Translations under genes and position numbers: made by a program
Part shown: one piece after another, positions 38,501 through 50,798 of the stretch
Layout of the letters: each line of letters starts with the position of its first letter
Position numbering within the stretch: the stretch's first letter is position 1
Source of the DNA: Vitrella brassicaformis CCMP3155
Taxonomy: Eukaryota > Protista > Chromerida
NCBI GenBank assembly: GCA_001179505.1
Contig: CDMY01000373.1
Location: 1-64,000 of the forward strand
Direction: 5' to 3'
DNA length: 64,000 nucleotides
The notes under the pieces: model-generated
What the model saw: the letters and a program-made list of their open reading frames with translations, nothing else
Told to the model about the DNA's origin: nothing
The model's database searches: none

Positions 38501-40799
38501 CATCCAACCCCCTGAATAATGACACACAACAAAGGGCCGACCGACCCACCGACCCACCGACACAAAGAGATCTTCTTTCTTCTTGCGTGCATGTGTGTGT
38601 GTGTGTGTGTGTGGTGGAATGCATCGCACCGCCCCTCACCCTTTGTCATTGTAAGAAGTCGAGAAGAGGTACTTGAAGATGGCCATCACCTGAGCAGACG
38701 AGTCGCGGCTCCCCTGTCCAGTCACACCACACCACACCACAACACACACCGTCGTGGCGTCTGTCCATGTGTCTGTCTGTGTGTGGGTGCCTGTTTGTCC
38801 TGCTTGAGGGATCCGCTGAGTCTAGTCAGCAGGTCTGTCGTCACCTTGCACCAGCTTTTGGCCTTCCCACCTTGACATAACCACACACACACACACACAC
38901 ACAGGGACACACACACAGGGACACACACACACACACACCGATGGTCGGATGGATGGACTGCACGTGGCTGACGTACCGCCTGAGTCACTCCCCCGCTCTG
39001 CGATGATCTCTTCCGCTGGGTTGAAGTTCTCAATGATGTCCTGCACCGCACGCTCAGGCTGATCAGCCGCCAACGCATACCTACACACACCACAACACAC
39101 ACACATACACACACGAAGACGGTGGGCGAGTGCATGTGTGTGTGGGTGTGGGTGTGGGTGCGCCTACAGCAGTGCCGTGGGCGCGGGCATCTTCGGCTGT
39201 GCCATGCCCATCTGTCCCTCCAGGTCCTTCAGGCCCATCTGCCCAGCCGTCTGCTGGTTGATGCTCCGCTCGAACCCCTCCAGCCGCACCAACCCAGCAC
39301 CAGACCCAGCCGCCGCCCGGCCGCAGCTCCTGTCCCTCTCGTCCCGCCACGCCTCCTCCGGCCCGATGCCCTGCAGTGACTGCACCCACACCTGCAGGTA
39401 CAGCTCGGCGAAGAACGACTGAAGCGTCGACATCATCGTGATCCTGTCCTCGTCGCGCGGCAGGGAGGGACCCCCGCCGCTGCTGCTGCTGGTGGCGGTG
39501 GTCTGGTGTGCTGCTGCAGATGGTGCGGCGGTTGTGGCTGAGGCTGCCGTCCATTCCCGCCGCCTGGTGTTGCCCGACGGCGGAGAGGGAGAGAGGGAGG
39601 ATCCTCCGCCAGGAGCACCGCACTGCGCCCCGCGGCTCTTCTGTGCCCGCCACGCCAGGAGATGCAGGGTGATCGGCTTGAGGTGGAAGAGGATGTGCAG
39701 GAAGGCCGTGGCGAAGGTGCAGTCGAAGGGCACCCGCAGCGCAGGGACGATGTACGGGTGATCATCGGGGAGCTGCACGTCGGTGCAGGGGGTGGTGGTG
39801 GTCTGGTTCCCACTGCCGTCGACGGGGTCGGTGGCGGCGAAGATGTTGGGATGCACCGCCCACGCCAGGTAAGGCCGATACCTGCCAAAGGAGTGAGTCA
39901 AGGCCGCAAAGTGGCTGTCGTGCCGTGTCCTTGATGGACGGATGGACGGCCCTTACCGTGGGTCAGGTGTCCAGAGCGTCTGGAAGAGCGGTCTGGCGGT
40001 GCATTTGATCATGATGGTCTTGTCCTCCATGTTGAGCACACCCTCCTTGATGATGCTGCTCGCCTTCAGCAGGGGAGACCACCCGCGCGACAGACTGCCT
40101 GAACCAACGAGAGAGAGAGAGAGAGAGAGAGAGAGGTGCCGAACGACACACAGACAGACAGACAGACAGGGAATTGTGGTCCAGCAGTGTTTGTCATTGT
40201 GTGCCACGTCGACCTTTGAAGAAGCTCCAGCTGCCCGACAGAGTTGCATTCTTGCTCCAGGTGCCGTCTGTGCCCCTACAGGATATCTCAAACGACACCA
40301 CGGGAGCCACCCACCTGACACACACACACACAAGGCCATCAAGCAAACGAAGACCAACTCACTGCCAAATGCCTCGCCCCCCCACCAGTAGTCCTGGATG
40401 TCAGAGGCTCTGACGTCGACGTAGGCGGCTATCTCGACCTCCTTGGGCTGCTTGTCCGCCGTCGCCTCCGCCCCGTGCAGGTCGTTCCAAGTCTTGACAT
40501 ACAACCTGACACACACACACACACCGACACGACCACGACACACAGACAAAGACCGACTGGGCGCTGTTTCTACCACCGCACTCCCTGGGTCACTCCCTGA
40601 CTGACCCGAATTTGAGGTTTGCGATTTGGCCCTCGTCTTCGGCTTTGCTGCGGTCCTCGACGGTGCGGATGCGCGGATTGGGGTTGTGGACGTCCACCTT
40701 GGCGACGTCACCGCCCCCTGCCAGGTTCTTGCCGTACTCGAGCTTGAGCATCGCCTCCGTCTTGTGGTGGTCATTTCGCAAAGGGCCTGGCTGACTCAT
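29593..40799 (-). CDS. Very large MATH + USP-like (USP7/UBP12-type) protein with a degenerate catalytic Cys box and a >1300-aa low-complexity C-terminus
   Basis: MATH-like exons WWVAPVVSFEISCRG...SWSFFKG...GWSPLLKASSIIKEGVLNMEDKTIMIKC. Cys-box-like VPALRVPFDCTFATAFLHILFH; LAPVMLLFPTY...EIPLAADLSGLL; His-box-like ETHISVVIRP and GPWFRVLDGGVEEL. A phase-2 intron joins ORFs 32859-33761 and 29593-32862. Not every junction was checked, and the model crosses the N gap. Confidence 0.6.
34243..34542. other. Assembly gap (300 N) flanked by poly-G runs
   Basis: N run at 34243-34542 with G17 before and G19 after. It lies after a minus-strand donor (ATG G|GTACCC) and so is probably intronic. Confidence 0.95.
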
Positions 40800-41582
40800 C
40801 GGGCCGACCACAGGCCTGACTGGCCCCCTACTGGGCGAGGCAGGCCAGCAGACCGCCCTCTAATGAGTGGCAAGCGATGGGCGCGGCGCAACAGGCCGAT
40901 TGTGGTGCGGGCTGCCGATTCTTCGCACCATTTCCCTTTGCAAACGCAACAATGGCCTGCCTTTAGGCACAATTTCACGCCAACAACCCTCCATTCCCTG
41001 CGAGCTTTTGAGATCGCAAGGCGAACGATTTTCCGCGGCGGTGCGCTCTCATGCACCCCCAGCACTCCGTGCGTGGTTGTTATCAGGGCGTGTTTGTGTG
41101 TGACTGGGCGATCTGCACTGGCTGGCCACCTGGGGATGGGCGGTATCTACGTATGGAGTCATGGTGCCTGACGCACGCACGCACGCCGCCTTCAAGCTGC
41201 TGCTGGGGTGGCGTGTGTGCGACGTTGTGTGCCTGCTTGTATGTGGCCGTCGTTCGCAGCGCATTGCATATCCTCCTGTCTGCTGCATCTGCCCTCTGCG
41301 TGCTGCGTGTTTCGTGTCCGGGTTGCATGTTAGGGTGTGTGTTTTCATGTTGGACAGACGACAGGGGACTTGGCCGTCAGGCCACCTAGGGTGCTCCCTG
41401 AAACCGCTGCTGAACGATTTTCCCCTCACTGCTGCGGCGAGGCATCAGTGAGGCGATAGCGACCTCATCATGCAGCGATGAGCTCGCTGCACATTGCCTT
41501 CATCGGCCGCTGCTGCTGCTGACCCAGCTGCAGGGTGAGAGGACTTGAGAGTGGAGGCAGGCACAGCGCAGGAGCACCCACC

Positions 41583-43906
41583 ATGCAGCGGGCTGACACG
41601 TCACAGGTGAGATGCACAACCGACAGAGGCCCAGCACAGCGAGAAGGAAGACAAGGGCAGATGCCAGATCTTTCAAAGGCACATCACACCCCATCCTCTG
41701 CCCTGCTCTCTCTGTCTTGTGTGGTGCTGTTGTTGTGTACTGTGCAGGTGCCTGGGTTTTTGGCCAAGACTTACGATTTGCTTGAGGAGGGGCAGTGGAG
41801 CGATATGATCTCATGGAACAAAGCCGGGGATGCCATCGTGGTATGTGGGTACCGTACCAGCAGCATGACCCTGCGCTGCTTGTAGACACGACACAGTACA
41901 GTGAGTGGCTGCTGTGTGTTGACTGATTGATTGCACTGGGTGGGGTGTGGTGGTCGGTGGTGGCAGGTGAAGGACTCGACGGCCCTGGCGGAGACGGTGC
42001 TGCCCCGCCTCTTCAAACACAACAACTACACATCGTTCGTCAGACAGGTACACAAGCGTGCAATCACGGGGGGCTTGGGCTCACACAGATGCCGACCTCA
42101 TCTGGCTCTCTCTGTGTGTGTGTGTGTGTGTGTGCTTCTAGCTGAACAACTATGGCTTCACCAAGATCACCAAGACGCGCAACGAGTCCGCGGCCAACGG
42201 CATCGACGAGTTCCGGAACGACCTCTTCAAGAAGGGACAGAGGTACGGTGGGTGGAAGCAGGGCGGGCAGGCAGGGGCACGGCACTCTCTTCATGTCTGT
42301 CTGTCTGTCATTATGCTTATCTGTATGTGTGTCTGATGCGATGCTTAGGTACATGCTGCGGATGATCCAGCGGAAGGTGCCTGACATGGGCGGGGCGGCC
42401 TCACAGGTCACCAAGGAGGTCTCACAGGCATTTGCCCTCATGCAAGACAAACTGGTCAGCACGCACCACAGACAGAATTGATTGCCCACGCGCGGCACTG
42501 CACGTGTGCATCTGTCTGTCTGTCTGTCTGTGTCTGTCAGGTGGAGAGTGAGGAGCGGCTGGCGTCGATGGCGGCGGAGATGCGCAAGTTTCGCAGCACC
42601 GTCCAGGACCAGATCACCCAGCTGTGGCAGGAAAACAAGACGCTTCGGGTGAGTGAGCCATCGATCCGCCAACAGCCAATCCAATGGCAGCCAGCCGTAT
42701 GACTATGACATGTCCGTTCGTTCCTGTGTTTGTTCCCTGCCCTGCAGGATGAGCTGAACCGAATGCGCCGGCAGCAGGGGCTCAACCCGCTGGATGAGAG
42801 CGAGTATGTGATGTTATGTGACCAGAGAGCGACCTTCCCACCCCAGCGAGCTGAGCTCATGTTCACGTGCATCTTATGTTGGTGTGTGTGTCATGTCATG
42901 TGTGCAGGTCAGCTGCAGCAGCAGCACAGGCGGCGACGAGCATCAACTGCGCCAACGTGCTGCTGGAGTGTCTTGCGGATGGCCAGGGCCACATGCCCGC
43001 GCCTCCCCAGCCCTCCCCCGCCGTCATCCACCACCACCACCAGTCGGCACACACGCAGGAGGTGCCCCCCGGCCCCCCCGGGCCGCCATTTCTCCATCCC
43101 GACCTTCTCAGGATGTCATCTCCGGTGCGCGCCGCACCATGACAGACATGACGACGACCGATCACACACAACTGTCAGTCATGTGTGTCATGTCATGTGT
43201 TGCCTGTCGTTCTCCAGATGCCGCCATTCTCTGCTGCTGAGGGAATGAACCCTCCCGCTCCCGGCCAGATGATGGGCATGCCAGGCGCCATTGGAGGCAT
43301 GGGAGGCGCCGCGCACAAATGGGAAGCCATGCAGCAGTCACCTGCACCAGCAGCGGCCGCAGCCACAGACCCGTCAGCCATCTTTCCCTGGGCAGCAGCA
43401 GCAGCAGCGGCATCGGCCACCGGCGTGGGGGTGCACACCACCCACCCCACAGAAGCACCGCCCCCCAAGAGCGACCAGGTCCCCCACCGCCCCCCGCACC
43501 AGGCCCTGCTGCCCTTCCTCAGCCCAGCACTGCCGGGCGCCCCTGTCTCGCCACAGCCCTTCTCTACCGACAGAATGCGCGCCGCCCTCCTCAGTGGTGT
43601 GCTGAGCGCTGGGCTGGCACAGCAGCACGCCCGATCCCTAATGCAGATGCAGCAGATGGCCGGCAGATTTGGGCAGCAAACGGGTCCTGGCGTTGATGCG
43701 TCGGAGGGAATGATGCCTGCGACTCATGCGGCGGCAGCAGCAGCAGCAGCAGCTGCTGCCGGTGGAGGGGGAATGGGCGCCAGCATGGCGGGGCTTATGA
43801 TGCCGCCAGACATGGCAATGCCCGACATGTTCTCACTCGGTACCGATGGGCCGGGGACACAGCGACGCACGCCGACAGACAGACACTCATCTGCTCTTGT
43901 TCTCGG

Positions 43907-43941
<35 letters not shown>

Positions 43942-44845
43942 TGTCTGTGTGCCTGATGCAGGGACCACCCCTCCTCACCCTCCCCCTAGCTCGGAATTCG
44001 CGCATCTGCCAGCCCTGTTTCAAGCGACCAAAAACGAGATCGCTGCTGCCGATGCGCTGCTCGCAAAGGCGCCGGCGACAGCAGCAGCATCTACCGCCCA
44101 CAGCGAGACCCAAGGCGGCTCCCTGGATGAGGAGCGTCCTGATGAGGGGACAGCATCGGTTGCTGGTGGGCGGAAGCGGCCTCAGGATGCCCTGAGAAGC
44201 GGCGGCAGACACCCGAGCAGCAGCAACGCCCTCACCAAGGAGAATTTCCAGTTCGCTGGTGAGACACACAGCACCGCACCATTCATGAGTCGATCGATCG
44301 GTTGCTGTGCTGCAGGTGGCCCCATGGCGTCTCCGCAACGTGGCCTCTCGTCAGTGCCATATGCACCCCGGCCGTCAGGTGCGTGCGAGCAGGACGACAA
44401 GAGTGTCAGCGGCAGCAGCTATAACGGCAGCAACAGCCCCCAGCTCGCCGACAAGCACGACCCTTCCTGTTGGCCCCCCTACGACCAGACCAAGCGGCCG
44501 AGGCGCATGGGGGTGGAGGGAGGGGTGGGGGACGGCTTTGACGCCAGCCATCTTCATGGGCATGGGCCCTCGGCTGCTGCTGCTGCTGCTGCTGGCGATT
44601 GGCCAGGAGGCCACGGAGGAGAGAGGGGATCCGACGACCAGAATGATGCTCTGAAGGTACCTATGGTGTGATTCATTGACTAAGATCTCTCTCTGTGTGT
44701 GTGTGTGTGTGTGCGTGTGTGCGTGTGTGTTCAGGTAGGGTTCGATTTTCGGAGTCTGTTGGAGTTACCTCCTGGGGCCCTCGCTGCAGCCGTAGCTGCT
44801 GCAGCCGCCAACCCGCCATCACTGCAGTCGCCACCGCCCACATAA
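41583..44845 (+). CDS. HSF: Heat-shock transcription factor (HSF DNA-binding domain + HR-A/B coiled coil + P/A-rich activation region)
   Basis: VPGFLAKTYDLL...ISWNKAGDAIV|VKD...VLPRLFKHNNYTSFVRQ|LNNYGFTK...FRNDLFKKGQ|RYMLRMIQRK; coiled coil ...QITQLWQENKTLRDELNRMRRQQ; last exon VGFDFRSLLELPP...PPT*. The start codon and some distal exons are approximate. Confidence 0.92.
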
Positions 44846-47070
44846 TTATTAATGAGGCTGAACGCGGGCAGGGCAGTGAGGCCAAGCAAGGCACTATGGC
44901 CGTGGGGGAGTTTCTTGTGCTGACATTTAGTACTGTCTGTCTGTCTGTCTGCGTCATGAAGTGGGGAAGCCAGCAGAGGGGAGAGGAGGGGAGAGGGGTC
45001 AATTATTGATTTTTGTAGCCAGAGAGAGCTCTATCTATCTGCCCGTCCGTCTGTTCTGTTTTGAGGCTCTGAGGGACGGAAGAATGCAGCCAGCGAGAGA
45101 CGTCTGTCTCTCTGTGTGTGAGAGCGAGTGGATGTACACGAAAATCAATTAGCTATGCCGAGGTGAGCGGGGCGAGGCGGGGCGGGGCGGGGCGAGGAGA
45201 GGAGAGGAGAGGAGAGAGATTGGGCCGATCCATATGTCACCTGCATACACACGCACAGAGAGAGAGAGAGAGAGATTGGGGGCAGCCGTGACTCTGCTGC
45301 ATGTGTGAGCGTCTTGTCTGTGTCCATCACGATGTGTGAGGCATTCTGATAGAATCTGCCGAAGCGTGATGCGTACATGCATGTGATGATGGCATAATGG
45401 CCGTCTGTCTCCCTGCCTCTGACTGACTGACTGACCAAGTGGGAAAATGACTTTGTCCACCGATGGCAGCCAGCTGGTGCCACATCCATCCATCCATCCA
45501 TCCACACGTATTTTTCACCGAGCGATTTTGCTGCATGCGCATGAATGCATGAGCGAACGAATTTGCATGATGTGCGATGAGTGAGTGAGTGGAGATAACA
45601 AATGCACACTAAACGGGTCGGCGGCGAGACAAGCGATGATGGGCGTGTGCGTGCGGCCTTAACGAGATATGGATTGATCGATCTTCGCACAAAATCCATG
45701 ACATCTCGTCCATAGTCAGGAGCTCATGCCGGTTGGTCAGCCTGACTGCATGCGCATGACTTGTGGATGTGCATCAACGTGGTGCGGTGGACAGCGGCCG
45801 ATTGATTGATTCATTGACCTCCCATGAAGTACGTCTGTCTGTCTGTCTGCGACCGTCACACTCACACACACGACACACACACCGACACAACCATACAATG
45901 ATTGTACGGTATACACCCCGTCCGTCCGTCCACCTCCCCCCTCACCTCACCCAGTCACTCCCCATTCCACCCACTGACTGATGCGATGACATGTGTGATG
46001 TGAGGGGAACAATACGCATTAGATCCATCCACACACACCCCCCCACTCACCCACCATGTGTGACGAGTGTGCGCATGCTGTCTGGCGCATCACATCGGTT
46101 GCCCGCCCTCTCTCGTTCTCTCACCATCTCTCTCTCTCTCTCTCTCTCTTTCACTCTCTCGCTCTCATAGCTCACGCACACACGCACGAAAAATGCCCCG
46201 TCCATCGATCGAGCAGCCAACAGGCACCACCACGCCTGGCTGCCTGCCTGATGGACAACAGAAATACACTAGCTAGCTACACCCACCCATTCACTTCACT
46301 TGGACACACCGACGCATCGCATCGACTCAGTCGAGTCACGCGCTGTCTTCTGTTGTGTCCCACCCCATCAGCGATACGGTGCTACCCCCCTCCCCTCCTC
46401 CCTGCCCACAGACCCACAGGCACACTCACACACACGTGATGTGTGTCGGACTGGGAGTGAGTGGGCGTCATCAGGTCAGGTCATGGGAAGTGCGATGTGA
46501 TACGATGAGATGCGATGCCAACACAGTGAGTGGCACAGCACAGATGAGGACTGAGTGAGTGTGTGTGGTGTGAAAAAGGCCCGCTCTCTCGGGAGTCCCC
46601 GACGAGCGGCATCCGGCTCATCATCCCTGACGACGGCCTCAGCCCATCCATCCATCCATCCATGCGACTGCCTGGCCCACCCACCCCACACATGCATCCC
46701 TCTCTCCCCCCTCCTTGGCCGTCTGCATAAAGGTGCACAAATACACACACACAAGGGTGGTGGGTGGTGGCCGGCAGGTACTCTCTCTCTCTCTCTCTCT
46801 CCGCCCTCTCGATAAACAAGCCGTCGGCCGCAGAGAAAGCAAGAAGCAGGAAGCAGAAGAGCGAGTCGCATGGATGGCATGGCATGCGACGCAGCCCTTA
46901 CTTAGGCCCTTACGCATTCGTTCGTTCGACAATAATGGTAATAAACTACACACATAAACTAAAGCGACTGGCTTGACCTAACCGACGGACGCCACACACA
47001 GAGAGGCGGGCAGAGGAGAGCAGAGGAGGGAGGAGATCTCGAATCCCTCAACCAGCCAACACCTGTCTCT

Positions 47071-47334
47071 CTATGCCCTAGGAGTGCCCGCACACACCCC
47101 CGTGACGATGTGCTGGAAGATGCTGCCCAGACAGGCGCCCATGCTGCCCCCCGGCATCCCATCGCGCTTGCTGCCCTTCCCGCCGGGCGACACGGTGTCC
47201 TTCTTCCAGGCTCGGTCCTTGTGCCCGCGCCATCGGCGGAACCCCTGACGCGTCAGCATCCTCTCCACGGCCTTCAGGTTCACCTCGCTCGTCGCGTCGA
47301 TCGGGAAGATGGCGTCTAGGAGACCACAGGGACC

Positions 47335-47369
<35 letters not shown>

Positions 47370-50300
47370 GTGGGGGCATGTGGGTGGGTGTGTTGAGTGG
47401 GGGCGCGTGTACCGAAAGATGAGACGTGGAGGTTGACGGATCGGAGGTTGGGGAAGACCTCCATCACCTGACGACCCAGCTGCGTCGATATCTGATAATT
47501 GACAAACCACACACACACAACGCAAAGAAGACACACACAACAGAGACATACACACATGTACACCAGCCCCCTTCAACTCGATGGCCTGCCTCCCTCGATC
47601 TGTGTCTGTAGGGCTGTACCTACCTCCTGTGTGAAGCCGTCGCTCTCCCTCCACCCGTTGGACGCCAGCAGCGTCTGCAACGCCGGACCGTCCACATGCT
47701 GATCCCTCTCCCTCTCCCTCCCCTTGGCCCCATGGTGGTGGTGGTGGTGATGACGCACACACGCACCGCTGCCGCTGGTGGGGGCCGTGGTGCTGGTGGT
47801 AGTGGCAGCGGATGGGGGTGTCGCGAGTGCGGCCATGCTGGCCCTCCTGGCGGCTCTGTCGCGCGCCCTCTGTTCCTGCAGCTGCCTGGCGGTCTCGATG
47901 AGGGACTCGAGCATGGGTCTGCGGACGGGTGCGAGGATGATCTCTTGGACGGAGAAGAAGGCCGGCAGGTTGTGCAGCACGTGGCCCACCCACTGCTGGT
48001 AGCCCTCCACATAGCTGAAGTCGCCACCTGCAGTAACAACCCAGTCACACCACAGCACATCAATCACATCACATCCACACACACGCCTCTCCCCCTCCCC
48101 CCCCCCGTCTCTCTTGAGGCATCCTGCTTACCAACGGCGAGCGTGGTCAGTTTGGTCAGGTGCCTCAGAAAGGCAAAGTGCGTGTCGATGGTGGCCCTCA
48201 GCCGCGGCGCCAGACACAGCAGCGCCTGAGCGTACAGCGGCGCCAGGCCCTCCACCTGCCCGCCCTCCAGCACCACATCCCACGGCAGGTTCACACACAG
48301 CCGCAGGTCACTCAGGTTGGCGCACTTGAAGGCCGGGTGGAAGGCGTAGAATGGTGGGAAGGTGCTGTTGGCGGCCCAGCCGAGCTCCTCCAGCTTGGGG
48401 AAATCGCACGCGGGGAACACCGGAATGGCTTTCCGGTACACACGCACACGCGTGAGCCTCGTCGACCCCCCGATGAGCGATGACGGCGATGACCCGCCCC
48501 CACTGCCCGTCGGCAGCGGCGCGAAGGTCACCCTCCGCTCCCGGCGGTTTGTTGTGGCTGCTGTGGGTGTGTCGTCGTCGTTCTCCTCTGCCGCTGCTGC
48601 TGCTGCGAGAGAGGATGGGGGCGAGGCCGGTGCGCTGTGGGGGGCGGAGGGGGGCGATGGCGGGGCCGCCTGGGTGACAGACACTCCCACGGCATGAGGG
48701 TCCGCCGGCGATGCCGGTGCATCGTTGACGAGCGAGCAGCAGAGGCACACTCGTCTGAGCGACAGCCGGGACCTCTCGAGAAACCGCTGGCACTCAAGTG
48801 CGTGCAGCTCTGCGGGCGAGAAGAGGAAGATCTCCTCCAGGTGTCGCGCGTCGGCCAGGAGGTGCTCCGCGCCGCCGCAGCAGTGCCTGCAGCTGCTGCG
48901 GCACACGAGGTCCAGCACACGAAGAGACCGCAGGCGCGCGCCAGACGAGAAGGCGAAGGCGCCGTTGCCGCGAGCAGTGGGGGAGGTGGGCGACGGCGGT
49001 GAGCGGGGGGTGGGTGTCAGTGTGGGGCGGGTGGACACCGAACTCGCCGATGCCGCTGATGCCGCTGATGCTGCCGATGACGACGTCGGCTGCTCGTCAT
49101 CATCTTCCTCGCTGCTCGTGTCCTCATCGCTGCCACTGGTAAGCGACTCGGACCTTTCTAACAGGCCCTCCCGCCTCAGCCTCTTCCTCTGCCGCCTCCT
49201 CCTCACGGCGACCACTTTGCTCTCGGAGTCGTTGTCGTCGTCATCGGTGGTGCAGGCCATCGAGCTGGCGGCCGTCTCGTGGGCGAGGGACAGGTGCGTC
49301 AGGTGGGGGAACTCGCGGGCAGGGACGGTGTACGGTGGCGGGGCGGGGCGTGCGAGCAGCATGGGGAAGGGGTGGGATGGCCTGACGGGGTCGCCCAGCA
49401 GCTGCAGCCTCACGCTGGAGAGAGTGGGGGCGTTCTTTGCGAGGGTGCGATTGAAGTCGGAGGGCGGGAGGAGGGCGGGGGGGATGCTCGTGAGGGTCAG
49501 CGTCTGACAGACAGCAACACACAACACAACAAGCAATGCAGTACATGCCCATCAGTCAGTGTGTTGCAGCTGGGGCCGGGCCTCACTCGTTGACTGACTC
49601 ACTCCTTACCTCCAGCTTGTGGAAGTGCCGGATAAACCGTCCCAGCCTCCCCCGGCACTCCCGCATCTTCTCGGCACGGCTAAGCGAACCACCACCACCA
49701 CACACGCCACCAACGCGGTCCTTCGGGCTGGGACACGACCCGCTCCACCGCACCGCTCCCCTGCCGAGCCGCCTCTCCCTCTCCCCCCTGCCCCTCTCCC
49801 CTTCCCTCTCCTTGCCAAGCTCTATGTGCAGCGTCCGCACGGCCAACGCACGACTGAAGCCGCGACCTGGGCCGTCGATGCTTCTCAGTGCGATGGGGAG
49901 GGAGCAGGGTAGCTCGCTGTCGGCTTCTGGCTCCTTCCCCTGCTGCTGCTGCTGCTGGTGGAGGTCAGGGTCATCTGCTGGGGTGTTGGTGGGGCTGGTG
50001 GTGGGAATGGGGTTGGTCGTCTTTAGAGGGAGGCTGGTCCGCTTGACGAATCGCCTGTGCGGTTGTGAGGGCATGGTGAGCAGCCTGTGGAGCTGGTTGA
50101 GGCCCATGATGTGTAGGGTGTGGTAGTTGCGGGAGGCCTCCTCCCACGCCTGGCACACCAGCGCCGCCTTCAAAACCTCCTGGTCCGGACTGGAGATGAA
50201 GTCCAGAATGCTCATCACCACACTGATCATGATACACACACACACAGGCACAAAACCCCACAACGGATGCATGGAGCGTGTCGCGGCTTTGCTCCCTACC

Positions 50301-50415
50301 CAGTGGGGATGGCGTCGAGGTCGGCAGCCCTGTCTGCTGCCGCTGCGCCTTCGTGGACAGAAGGGGGAGTGCCCATCTGCCCCAAGCTGCCTCGCTTGCT
50401 GCACCGGTTGCCCAT
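47071..50415 (-). CDS. F-box / LRR-like protein with predicted N-myristoylation and palmitoylation (MGNRCSK)
   Basis: A phase-2 splice gives LDAIPTGVVMSILDFISSPDQEVLKAALVCQAWEEASRNY (F-box). LRR-like strands are FPHLTHLSL, LRSLRVLDL, HLEEIFL, FPKLEELGW, LSDLRL and HLTKLTTLAV. Confidence 0.7.
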
Positions 50416-50798
50416 GATGCGATCCACAGATGCGATGGACACGACTAGCGCTGCGGGTGGTCACGCGAGCGCGGTGGTTGCGGGTGGGAGGGCACCTCTC
50501 GAACGACAGGAAGGGCTCATGCGATGGGAAGGACGGCTTTGTGTCACATGATGCAGATGCGATGCCGTGGCGATAGCTGTGAGATGCCGAACGTCTCTTT
50601 CTTTGGTGTCCAGATCTGCGCGAATGGAGTTAGGGCTCCCTCTCGCCAAAAAAAAGCCGCGAGCTTGGCGGAGGACCGAAGGAAGCCTCACAATCGGTGG
50701 TTCGGTGACTGCTGAACACGTTTCCATCCAAGATCTGCTGGATCCCGGCACCATGTGTGGAATTATTCTATGAGGATGCGAGAACTTCAAGCAGCGAT

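Noticed and set aside
48725-49507. Plus-strand 260-aa ORF
   Set aside because: It is antisense to the large F-box/LRR exon.
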